Shown piece after piece: positions 37,673 through 46,108 of a stretch of DNA of 64,000 nt. Positions within the stretch are counted from its first letter, which is position 1; every line of letters starts with the position of its first letter. The notes beneath the pieces were generated by a model that was given only the letters and a program-made list of their open reading frames with translations, was not told where the DNA came from and made no database searches. The position numbers and the translations under genes were made by a program. The stretch is from a virus: positions 123,665 to 187,664 of the IMG/VR virus record IMGVR_UViG_3300033146_004128, one strand, 5' to 3'.

Positions 37673-38148
37673 TATCCTTCTCCAAGATTATACTTAGATG
37701 AAAGATAGTTTTTGTATGCTGACGATCTTCCTGTCTTTTTACCTGACAGCAACTCCCTGGAAGCTTGCTGTCTATTATACTCACTTTTTTGTTTCTTCGC
37801 AGACATTACCCCGGCAACTCCTGCTGCAGCCAATCCGAGAACACCATTCTTTCTTCCTGAAGTTAGAGATTTGAACCTCTTGCTATCTTTTAGATTTAGT
37901 GTTCTACCAACAAGATATGAAAGTGAACCGCCTGTAGCGGCATCCTTCACTGTCTCTTCCTTGTTGTGTGGTGATCTTCGTGTCTTCTTTGCTTCAGATA
38001 TAGCCTCCATCTTCGCAAGACTCATATCTGACGATGCTACCTTTTCTCCAGTGCTAGTGTCAAAAGATGAGAAGTCATCAGTAAATAGGGGCTTATTCTT
38101 CTTCTTCTTGTATTGCTTTTTTACTGGGAGTGGTTTTTTTTCGATCAT
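37672..38148 (-). CDS. basic K-x-A protein with Gly/Ala hydrophobic segment (158 aa)
   Basis: GEKVAS; GVLGLAAAGVAGVMSA. Confidence 0.65.
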   Translation of the reverse strand: MIEKKPLPVKKQYKKKKNKPLFTDDFSSFDTSTGEKVASSDMSLAKMEAISEAKKTRRSPHNKEETVKDAATGGSLSYLVGRTLNLKDSKRFKSLTSGRKNGVLGLAAAGVAGVMSAKKQKSEYNRQQASRELLSGKKTGRSSAYKNYLSSKYNLGEG

Positions 38149-38732
38149 ACAGATACTCCCCCTGCTAACCCAGAAGACTGACCACTGATTGCATCATATA
38201 AAGTATTGTAGTTTCCGCCACCTCTATGTTGTATATCACCAACAGTCTTTGCGGTGTTAAGGTCTACACCACCAACAGCATGAGCGGTGTTAAGGAATGT
38301 AGATGCAAGCATTGGATCTTTTGCAACACGTGGAGATACTGCATATGCACTATTAAGCCACATTTTTAATTTTCCATTACTTACATTTGACAAGGCAGGA
38401 TTTTCTCTCTTCGCAAATGCTATGATTCCATTCCTGTGCTTATTGAAAAGATTTTTATTATGTTTTTTTTCCATATCTTTTGCTATTCCACCTGCTAGTG
38501 CAACGCCAAGACCAACTACTGCAGTTTGTCCTAGTCCACTAATAAGTCTATCTGAAAAACCAGCAGTTTTTTCGATTTCTTCATCATCAGTAGTTTTGGC
38601 TAGATCTTTTTGTATGTTTCTTAGAAGGTATACTGCTTGTGCTGTCTTCTCTAGCAATATCTCATTATCCTCAAGAAAGCCCTCTTCTTCCACGGAAGCG
38701 GCGGTCTTTTCTAATTCTTGTTTTGTAATCAT
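38145..38732 (-). CDS. K-x-A protein: acidic pro-region plus membrane-type module (195 aa)
   Basis: LEKTAA, LEKTAQ, IEKTAG then FSDRLISGLGQTAVVGLGVALAGGIA; SD aggag. Confidence 0.7.
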   Translation of the reverse strand: MITKQELEKTAASVEEEGFLEDNEILLEKTAQAVYLLRNIQKDLAKTTDDEEIEKTAGFSDRLISGLGQTAVVGLGVALAGGIAKDMEKKHNKNLFNKHRNGIIAFAKRENPALSNVSNGKLKMWLNSAYAVSPRVAKDPMLASTFLNTAHAVGGVDLNTAKTVGDIQHRGGGNYNTLYDAISGQSSGLAGGVSV

Positions 38733-38780
38733 TGGTAAATACTCCTAGCATTTTTTTCAAAAAATAGTTATGTTACCAAT

Positions 38781-38789
38781 ATTATAGCA
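38781..38789 (-). promoter_or_regulatory. extended -10 promoter TG-C-TATAAT
   Basis: Perfect TGnTATAAT about 50 nt upstream of the 195-aa gene; part of a 13-bp motif repeated at 54616-54628. Confidence 0.65.
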
Positions 38790-38859
38790 AAAGTTTTATG
38801 ATAACAATAGGCTTGAGTATGGTTTGTAGGCACAAGCGATGTTGTGCCGGTGTAGGTTT

Positions 38860-39213
38860 TTAAAATCCGAACCAGTTTTTCTTTGGCTCTTCTTCTTTTT
38901 TTTCTATATTAACTGATGCTGGTTCCCATTTGTTATAGGTATCCATTATTGCACTTAGCGTCTTTACCTGGTATTTTCTTTCCACCAGTTCATTGGTCAT
39001 AGCCTTGAATACCTTAGGGGAGAGAACTATGTTTCCATTTTCTTTTCTGCCATCAATTCTTATGTGGCTATTTGTATTGAACTTTGGATATACCAACTCA
39101 GGGTTTGGAACCACTACTACTGGTGCAGGGCATGTCCCAAAGCATCCAGAAAGCAGTAATGATGTAGCTACACTAAATAATAATAGTGAAGTCTTCGCCT
39201 TCTTTGATCTCAT
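38860..39213 (-). CDS. outer-membrane spanin (o-spanin) lipoprotein (117 aa)
   Basis: Signal peptide with lipobox LLLSG-C, Pro-rich after the Cys; start overlaps the i-spanin 3' end. Confidence 0.72.
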   Translation of the reverse strand: MRSKKAKTSLLLFSVATSLLLSGCFGTCPAPVVVVPNPELVYPKFNTNSHIRIDGRKENGNIVLSPKVFKAMTNELVERKYQVKTLSAIMDTYNKWEPASVNIEKKEEEPKKNWFGF

Positions 39214-39478
39214 CTATCTTCTCCTGTATTTGTTTTACTTTCTCTTTGGCTATAGTGCTATTCTGAACAACAGTTTTTGCAACATCTTTGTGTAGATTTG
39301 CTTTCGCCCTGCTTATCTGTGACACCTTCTCCGCAGCAGCAACTTTGCCCTCAGCAGTTTTTATCTCTGTGTCCATGTTCTTTATCTTGTAATGCTGTCC
39401 TCTAGCATACAAACCGAGTGCTCCAACTATCGCTGTCAATATCCCTACTATGTATGTCATAATCTCTGCTGTGATCAT
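39173..39478 (-). CDS. inner-membrane spanin (i-spanin) (101 aa)
   Basis: Single N-terminal TM helix followed by a coiled coil; directly upstream of the lipoprotein. Confidence 0.68.
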   Translation of the reverse strand: MITAEIMTYIVGILTAIVGALGLYARGQHYKIKNMDTEIKTAEGKVAAAEKVSQISRAKANLHKDVAKTVVQNSTIAKEKVKQIQEKIDEIKEGEDFTIII

Positions 39479-39738
39479 TATACGTCTCCTGCTTCCGGTT
39501 CTCTAACCTTTGATCTTAACGATCTGCTTGTAACGAATCTAAGCATTGTTCCCACTGTAGCTATTGACACCATGAATAGTCCAAAAGCCTGATCAGAGGT
39601 GAACATTCCTCTTAGAAATCCTGAGTATGCCTCTATTGCTCCAGAGAGCCCAAGTATAAAGTTAAATATCAATGTTTTACTTGATGACAAGTATTCCCAA
39701 GATATTTTAACCGGTCCTAAAAAATAAGTTTCTATCAT
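39478..39738 (-). CDS. putative holin (86 aa, two hydrophobic helices)
   Basis: Start re-assigned after SD aaagga; LIFNFILGLSGAI and AFGLFMVSIATVGTML segments, basic C-terminus; precedes the spanins. Confidence 0.6.
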   Translation of the reverse strand: MIETYFLGPVKISWEYLSSSKTLIFNFILGLSGAIEAYSGFLRGMFTSDQAFGLFMVSIATVGTMLRFVTSRSLRSKVREPEAGDV

Positions 39739-39751
39739 GTTTTTTCCTTTG

Positions 39752-41494
39752 TTATAATATGCCAAGGGCAAACTTTGCCCTATCCGAACGTATGTCTTTG
39801 GTGTCTTCTTTCTTTCCAAATAGAAGCCCCTCAGTCAATCCTTTTTTTATGCCCCTGTAGTTTATCTGTTGCCACATAGACTTACCTGTCATTGGTCTTT
39901 GCTCATATGTCTTAAAGACTGGTTGATAGTCAAGAGGACCATGAGACACCTTTACTGACCCAACACCATTTCTCTTCAGGTATCCTGCAACTTTTTTAGT
40001 TATCTGCTTTCCTGGGCTGAAATGTAGAGCTGGCTCAGCAAGGTACTTTTTTGTTATCTGCTTGTCTCCAGTGCTCATAATTTTCATATGTGTTCCTGCC
40101 AATGTAGGAACAAAGCTATCGAATGTCTTTAAATCCGTGTTGGACTTATCGCTTTTAGCCTTAACCAGATTTAGATATCCACGACTAACAACTTCAAAGT
40201 TTCTCTTATCTATAGTACCATTATTTGCCTTATCAAGAGCATCAACAAGATACTTTCTTCCCTCTACTATTCCTCTGTGGTTTACTATATCCTTTGTTGA
40301 GGCAAGTCCATTTGTTACAATGTCCCCACGATCAACCATAGCCCCCACTGCAACAGTTGGAGCCACATGGTGAGATGTCGCATGATCAACTCCTCCAATA
40401 TTTATGTTGTACCCACCGGTTGTGAGTTTACTTATAGAATTTACCTTGCCACCAATAGTAGCTACTGTTGCCTTCCCATTGAACTTGTCTGTAGAGTTTA
40501 ATAGTATCTTGGCTGCCTGGAACCCAGAAGGTATCTTCGATGCAGTCTTTCCAGCAACGTTATGCTTTGCACTTAGTATCAACTGTGTAGACTTCTCTGA
40601 TAATCCTTGTGCGGCTTCTATACCAACATTGTGCCCAATAGTAGGCAAGCTTCCACTTGAATTCTTCCCCATGCACATTGCGCATACGCCATGTTTTGAT
40701 TGGCACGTTATTGGAGATCTTACTTTTATCTTCTTCTTGCCCATAGCTCTAAGTGTCTTCAGATACTGCTCGGTGACAAGTTTATTAGTCCCTGCTTCGT
40801 ATCTACTTAGAGCATCATTACCATCTGTAGGAACAACTATTCCATTCTTTGTTCCGCAGTCTTTCTGGTCTATCTTTACATCTTCGGCATTAGCAATAAG
40901 TACTTTTCCCATTGCTCCAGGCTCAGATGTAGATACAGCTGCCTGAACCGCTGCAAACCTTGCTTGCCCTCCAGAGGCATACTGCTCGTGAGAATTTAGT
41001 CCTGCTGCAAGACTATTTTTTATCATAAAAGGATATGGTTCAGAGTTCATATCTACTGCATACACAACACCACCGGTTATTCTTGATGCAGTGGAAGGAT
41101 TTCCCCTTCCTTTTGACTTTGCTTGAGAAACGAGATTGTTTCCATCATTAACCATTACCATTTCTTGCGTCTTGTTAAAAACATTGATGAGATGCGATTT
41201 CGCCTTCTCTTTGCTCATTCCGTTAAGCTTATTGCCTTCACGATGAAGCATATCATCAATACTTTTCTTGTTCTTTAGTGAGAACTCTGCAGGTCCCATG
41301 TTGTGACCATTTAGATACGCAAGCTCTTCTCCGAGCTCACGTATCTTGTGTATCTTGGAAGCATACATTGCTGGATACTTCTGTGCGTACACAGATAATT
41401 TTGCATTTATCTTGGGCTTAGTCAATGGAGTATCTGACTGGCTGAACTGTATGTCTTTCGGCATAAGCTTGTTTAGCTCAAAGATAGCATCCAT
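39752..41494 (-). CDS. rpoC: DNA-directed RNA polymerase beta-prime subunit, C-terminal half (580 aa)
   Basis: Bridge helix GLNSHEQYASGGQARFAAVQAAVSTSEPG, DCGT, Zn site RSPITC...GVCAMC, trigger loop VGIEAAQGLSEKSTQLILSAKH, IDKRNFEVV; no NADFDGD motif. Confidence 0.9.
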   Translation of the reverse strand: MDAIFELNKLMPKDIQFSQSDTPLTKPKINAKLSVYAQKYPAMYASKIHKIRELGEELAYLNGHNMGPAEFSLKNKKSIDDMLHREGNKLNGMSKEKAKSHLINVFNKTQEMVMVNDGNNLVSQAKSKGRGNPSTASRITGGVVYAVDMNSEPYPFMIKNSLAAGLNSHEQYASGGQARFAAVQAAVSTSEPGAMGKVLIANAEDVKIDQKDCGTKNGIVVPTDGNDALSRYEAGTNKLVTEQYLKTLRAMGKKKIKVRSPITCQSKHGVCAMCMGKNSSGSLPTIGHNVGIEAAQGLSEKSTQLILSAKHNVAGKTASKIPSGFQAAKILLNSTDKFNGKATVATIGGKVNSISKLTTGGYNINIGGVDHATSHHVAPTVAVGAMVDRGDIVTNGLASTKDIVNHRGIVEGRKYLVDALDKANNGTIDKRNFEVVSRGYLNLVKAKSDKSNTDLKTFDSFVPTLAGTHMKIMSTGDKQITKKYLAEPALHFSPGKQITKKVAGYLKRNGVGSVKVSHGPLDYQPVFKTYEQRPMTGKSMWQQINYRGIKKGLTEGLLFGKKEDTKDIRSDRAKFALGIL

Positions 41495-41509
41495 AATTTA
41501 GTCCCAGCC

Positions 41510-42052
41510 TTATGCGTAAGTTGCTTCTAGCTGTGTTCTCTTGCTAGTAACGATTGTCTTGAATTGTGCAAGCGCAGTAATTGTTGTCTCTACTGTATGT
41601 GTAGGGCTATACTTCAACTTGTCGATTCTTTCTCTCTCGATTATCTTAGGGTCTCTTGCTACCATTGTACCTGTACCGTCGTCTTCTTCAATAGGAACTA
41701 CAAGTGTCGAAACATTTGGAATTATATATTGAGTATAGAACTCTGATTTTGGGTTGTAATCAAAAGATATGATCCCACTTATAGTAGGTGTCATGTTCCA
41801 TGCATACTTTCCAGCCACTGAATTTACAGAAAATCTAACATCAGCAATTCCGCTGTCAGCTGTAGCTATATCCTCAATATCAGAAAGTGCATTTGCTGCT
41901 TCTGTTACCTTTGAAACAATATTGTCTATCTCGTTCTCCATGCAAGTAAGTCTACATATACTTAACTGTACGTCTGCCAATGGATCTGGCTCCCATAGTG
42001 TTACATTACATTTTTCTAAGTCTGCCTGAATCTGCTCATAATTTGTTGCCAT
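41510..42052 (-). CDS. hypothetical protein (180 aa)
   Basis: SD aggag; TATAAT box at 42082-42087 upstream. Confidence 0.6.
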   Translation of the reverse strand: MATNYEQIQADLEKCNVTLWEPDPLADVQLSICRLTCMENEIDNIVSKVTEAANALSDIEDIATADSGIADVRFSVNSVAGKYAWNMTPTISGIISFDYNPKSEFYTQYIIPNVSTLVVPIEEDDGTGTMVARDPKIIERERIDKLKYSPTHTVETTITALAQFKTIVTSKRTQLEATYA

Positions 42053-42105
42053 AGTGTTCTCCTGTTTTTTTGGTTACTGTTATTATACACAAAAAAGTGC
42101 ATTTT

Positions 42106-43482
42106 CTATAGGGTAATAGCGGACGACCCTGTGCTGTCAACTCTTATCCCTCTTGTTCCGCCTCCAATTATAGCAGAAGACCCTCCAAATACGGTAGCAT
42201 CTTCAGTTGCAGATACAGTAAAGCTTCCCATTACTGATATGGTCATATCTCCTCCCCATGTTAAAGATGGTATCCCCACGCTTCCTCCGCAGTATCCTGG
42301 AGTAGACGAGGATATGTTTATCTCAGGTATTGCTATACTGTCAACGTTTACGTGAACAGCATTTGAATACACTCCTGCATAGTCAGAAGACACAAAGCTC
42401 TTCTTCGCAATTATCCCATGTTCAAGACTGTATGTCTTTTTGTTTGCGGAATACTCAACTACACCGCCATCACTCATTACAATATTCATAGCGAATATTG
42501 AGTACTCTTCTCCATTAAAGAATCCATTTATTTGTAATATGTCACTAGACGCATTACTACATGGTGGTATAGGAACATGTGCTCTTTCGAGATTTCCGGC
42601 TCCAGGCATAAGGAAAAATTCCATACTCTTTATCCTGTTTTCGCCTGCACATCCTCCACAGTATGCATACACGGAGTCAAATGTTCCGTACTTGTCAAAC
42701 ACTTCATGGAAAACAGATTCTTGACCTCTGAATAAAAGCCTTGACCATTGAAAAGTTAAAAGCAACTCTCCTAGGTGAAGGCCAAACATTTTTATGAATG
42801 GATCAGCTTCAAGATCTGCGAATGCCATTTCGTACGTTCTTGATCCACCTTCCTCATCACCACTCATCATGGAAACAACGGACTTTTTTGCAGCCTCTAT
42901 GTCTCCTGCTCCTCCTGCGGACCTTGCTGTTGTTATATCAATTTCTATATGGATACCAGCACTGAAGTTATCTATGACTATTGTGCTTCCATAGAGTGCC
43001 ATAAGGTGAGGAGTTACTATCTCTACCGTGCCATTATCTCTTGCAATAACCTTTGACTCACAGGACGTTGCTATTCCTGCAGCAGTTGGTCCTGCGAAGG
43101 CAATGTTTCCATTACCTGTTTTTACAGAGTCTAATCCTAATTGTGTATCTGCAAAAAAGAATTGTGAAGTTTGTCCATATTTGTCTTCTTGGCCTACGCC
43201 ATTAGCATCGGCTTTACCCTTTGCCGTAGGTTCAGGAACTGTATTCTCTCCGGATATGGCATAGAAGTTTAGGTATCTTTTCAATGATGACAGCTTAGCT
43301 ATTGCTTGAGCAGGATAAATCTGAGGGTAGGACATAGACAAATCAAGAACTACAGCTTGGCCCATCTGTGGAGATATTCCCATATATCTTGGAACGTCTA
43401 TCTCGTTACTGTACTCCGTAAGAACAGTTATTGATGACTCAGTTATACCTGTCACACGTCCGGATATTCGTGATGATGGCAT
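42106..43482 (-). CDS. putative baseplate spike (gpV/gp5-like) protein (458 aa)
   Basis: N-terminal OB-fold-like GRVTGI...PQMGQAVVL; C-terminal beta-helix-like GDMTISVMGSFTVSA. Confidence 0.55.
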   Translation of the reverse strand: MPSSRISGRVTGITESSITVLTEYSNEIDVPRYMGISPQMGQAVVLDLSMSYPQIYPAQAIAKLSSLKRYLNFYAISGENTVPEPTAKGKADANGVGQEDKYGQTSQFFFADTQLGLDSVKTGNGNIAFAGPTAAGIATSCESKVIARDNGTVEIVTPHLMALYGSTIVIDNFSAGIHIEIDITTARSAGGAGDIEAAKKSVVSMMSGDEEGGSRTYEMAFADLEADPFIKMFGLHLGELLLTFQWSRLLFRGQESVFHEVFDKYGTFDSVYAYCGGCAGENRIKSMEFFLMPGAGNLERAHVPIPPCSNASSDILQINGFFNGEEYSIFAMNIVMSDGGVVEYSANKKTYSLEHGIIAKKSFVSSDYAGVYSNAVHVNVDSIAIPEINISSSTPGYCGGSVGIPSLTWGGDMTISVMGSFTVSATEDATVFGGSSAIIGGGTRGIRVDSTGSSAITL

Positions 43483-44781
43483 TTAATTCCCCCCTCTATA
43501 AACAACGGCTTCATCACCGTTTGCTCTAACTCCTGTTATATTGTGCGCAAATCCATTATCGACAAGTTCAACATAATACTCAGGAATGTCTTTAGATAAG
43601 CTAAAGCCTCTTCTTGACAGTGTTACGCTTTTACCATCATTGAAATTCACTTTATATTGAGCGTAGTCCTGCTTTCCAAATGCTCTCCTGGCAACCTCTC
43701 CTGGCTTAGCAGCTCTTGAGTCACCATATAGATCCCTTTTGATACCGTCACTACTTAATGCTTTTGCAAACATATTTCTAGCTGCTATCTTCTCAATGAA
43801 CTCATTTGTGTAGTCAAGAGATGTAGCAAACTTAATCATCGAGCATGGTGGGTTAGCCTCGGCCTTCTCGATTAACATTCTAGCAAATATCTCATTATCG
43901 CAATTTTTTGCACAGTCAGCATACTCTTCTTTTGGCATATCCGACCCTATAAACAAGGCCTCTGAAGGTTTTAGTACAAGTCTTTTTGAATGTACAATCT
44001 TAATGATCGCTTCAGGACTCATTCCTCTTCTGAACTTATCCATCTCGTCAACGCTTACGGATGATGGGAGGGTATCTATGGCATCTATATACTTAACCAG
44101 TGTTGCAACTTTTTCATCTATGCTGTATGACTCATCCGATGCAACTTTCTGAAACAATGCATGTCCTTGAGCGTCTGCCGGCTTCCGGACTACTGATATA
44201 TCAAAGAAGTTCATTGGTGGTATATTTATTGCGTATACAACTTGACCATTTGGCTTCTGTCTATGCATCTCGAATTTGAGATGATCACATCTGTTTGCAA
44301 GCGACCCCTTAGTAATTGACCCACAATATGAGCACATTTCCTGAGGAACCTTTACTCCCATAGATACTTTTATCCTTGACCCACTTTCTATGTCAGAATA
44401 TATATCTGGAGCCTTGCTCTTCTTTATCTCAAGTAAAAGCTCTACTCTATGCATATCATCATTGTATATTGCTTTCACAACATTACCTATAGATTTTGAC
44501 GGATCCTTATTGAAATGCTGTATAAATATACCTGCAGACTCAAATGTCTTATAAAACTCTTTCAGGTCTTTTTCATAAAAGAAATCACCATTATTGTTTT
44601 CACCATAATAATCACCTGCACCCATAGCTATAACATGTAGGTATGCATTGTTCTTTTTCTGATCTATTTTATCAAGAAGATTCTCTCCTGCTGTTTTTAT
44701 CATAGGGCAAGATCCACCAAAGCACGAGCTGTGCTCAATTTCCATCTGGTCTACGGTAAAGTCAATTATCTTAGTTAGCAT
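43483..44781 (-). CDS. prohead maturation protease (HK97/herpes assemblin fold) with Zn-finger insert and K-x-A sites (432 aa)
   Basis: His in FIQHFNKD, Ser in KVSMG, CSYC...CDH insert, FFDISVVRKPAD; flanked by MIKTAG, FQKVAS, DEKVAT, MIKFAT, IEKIAA. Confidence 0.82.
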   Translation of the reverse strand: MLTKIIDFTVDQMEIEHSSCFGGSCPMIKTAGENLLDKIDQKKNNAYLHVIAMGAGDYYGENNNGDFFYEKDLKEFYKTFESAGIFIQHFNKDPSKSIGNVVKAIYNDDMHRVELLLEIKKSKAPDIYSDIESGSRIKVSMGVKVPQEMCSYCGSITKGSLANRCDHLKFEMHRQKPNGQVVYAINIPPMNFFDISVVRKPADAQGHALFQKVASDESYSIDEKVATLVKYIDAIDTLPSSVSVDEMDKFRRGMSPEAIIKIVHSKRLVLKPSEALFIGSDMPKEEYADCAKNCDNEIFARMLIEKAEANPPCSMIKFATSLDYTNEFIEKIAARNMFAKALSSDGIKRDLYGDSRAAKPGEVARRAFGKQDYAQYKVNFNDGKSVTLSRRGFSLSKDIPEYYVELVDNGFAHNITGVRANGDEAVVYRGGN

Positions 44782-44793
44782 ATGTGTCCTTGC

Positions 44794-45027
44794 TTATACT
44801 GTTATCTCATGCGAGATCTCATTGTCTCTCATATATTGCTTAATGTCGTTAAGAAGAATTTTCTCTTCCTCTATTTCTTTTTCTGAAAATGGATCCGTCT
44901 CAAGAAGTAGTCTTTTGTGCTCAACTTGAACATGTGCAGACCTAATAATTGATGGCAGATCATTGACTATAGTATCATAAAATTTATCAAGGTCTGTGCT
45001 TAGCGTGAACTGTATATTTATTTTCAT
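44794..45027 (-). CDS. hypothetical protein (77 aa)
   Basis: SD aggaa; operon context. Confidence 0.55.
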   Translation of the reverse strand: MKINIQFTLSTDLDKFYDTIVNDLPSIIRSAHVQVEHKRLLLETDPFSEKEIEEEKILLNDIKQYMRDNEISHEITV

Positions 45028-45049
45028 ATCATATTCCTATTCCTGGACC

Positions 45050-46099
45050 TTATACGGCCCAGTTTATCTCAAGTTCAGTATCTGATACTGATTGCACCAT
45101 AAACGGTACAGGATAGTAAGCACCATCCTTATAGTAACACATATCAAAGTCATTAAATGACCCTGTAGGAGTTACATATCCATCTTGCACTACGAAGTTG
45201 TATTCTTCTCCAGTATCCGGATTTTTACCAACTATCATTGATATCTGATTGTGTATGTCCGATCCATACTTTTCTACAAGCTTGGAGATAAAGAATGAAG
45301 ATATGGTCTCATTCTCACCGTCCTCATTTACTGGTTTATTCGCAAAGCACAGTGTCCACTGGTTAGGGAATATCTTTATTGCACCACTTGCAATTCCATG
45401 GTCTATATCGGCTATCTCGTACCTTACTGAGTCAAGAGTAAATACTTCTGTCTCCATTGTAAGGCTTACAGAGTTTACATCTCCTGCAACAAAGAAGCTA
45501 GGAGTGAACCCAGACTCTACGCTACTTGTAAGCTCAATAGGTATAGATATTGATGTCTCAAATGCATATACTGGAGAATTTACATTATACTCGCTAGATA
45601 TAGAGTGTACAGGAACGTTTACGTTTAGAGCAGTAGGAGCATATCCCTCTACTATAGTTCCATTTATACTTGTGTCCCCACTCTCTATTGTCTCTGCTGT
45701 TACAGATATATTCTCTACTGAGCTGTGTCTTCCTACAATTTTACCAATAAAGTATGGAGCTCTGTGTGTAACTGCTACAAAGTTCAACAAGTCGTAATTG
45801 ATCTCATAATTTATAACATCAGCATTTGTGTACAGAGTTATGTTCGGAGCAAGATTAGGATACACATCGTCACCAGGTTCTCTTATATATGCGCCATATT
45901 GCAATTCTACTTTAGGTATCTCAAAGACAGCAGAAGGAACGAAGAGCTCAATAGCAGTATGGTCTCCCTCTACTACAGATATATGATTATTTGTTAGTAC
46001 CACGGCTGTCAATACAGAAACATCTCCGGATAAATTTATAGTGCCAATATTAGCACCAGGGGTCGTTGACCCCAAGTATGGTAGATTTACATCCATCAC
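45050..46099 (-). CDS. putative virion structural protein (349 aa)
   Basis: SD aggagg; beta-rich, acidic. Confidence 0.55.
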   Translation of the reverse strand: MMDVNLPYLGSTTPGANIGTINLSGDVSVLTAVVLTNNHISVVEGDHTAIELFVPSAVFEIPKVELQYGAYIREPGDDVYPNLAPNITLYTNADVINYEINYDLLNFVAVTHRAPYFIGKIVGRHSSVENISVTAETIESGDTSINGTIVEGYAPTALNVNVPVHSISSEYNVNSPVYAFETSISIPIELTSSVESGFTPSFFVAGDVNSVSLTMETEVFTLDSVRYEIADIDHGIASGAIKIFPNQWTLCFANKPVNEDGENETISSFFISKLVEKYGSDIHNQISMIVGKNPDTGEEYNFVVQDGYVTPTGSFNDFDMCYYKDGAYYPVPFMVQSVSDTELEINWAV

Positions 46100-46108
46100 A
46101 TCCTCCTA

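Noticed and set aside
13102-41494. Host chromosomal DNA (groESL, rpoC) or a prophage boundary
   Set aside because: Both genes are far more divergent and truncated than cellular orthologs and are translationally coupled to phage structural genes; no rpoB, ribosomal or other housekeeping neighbours
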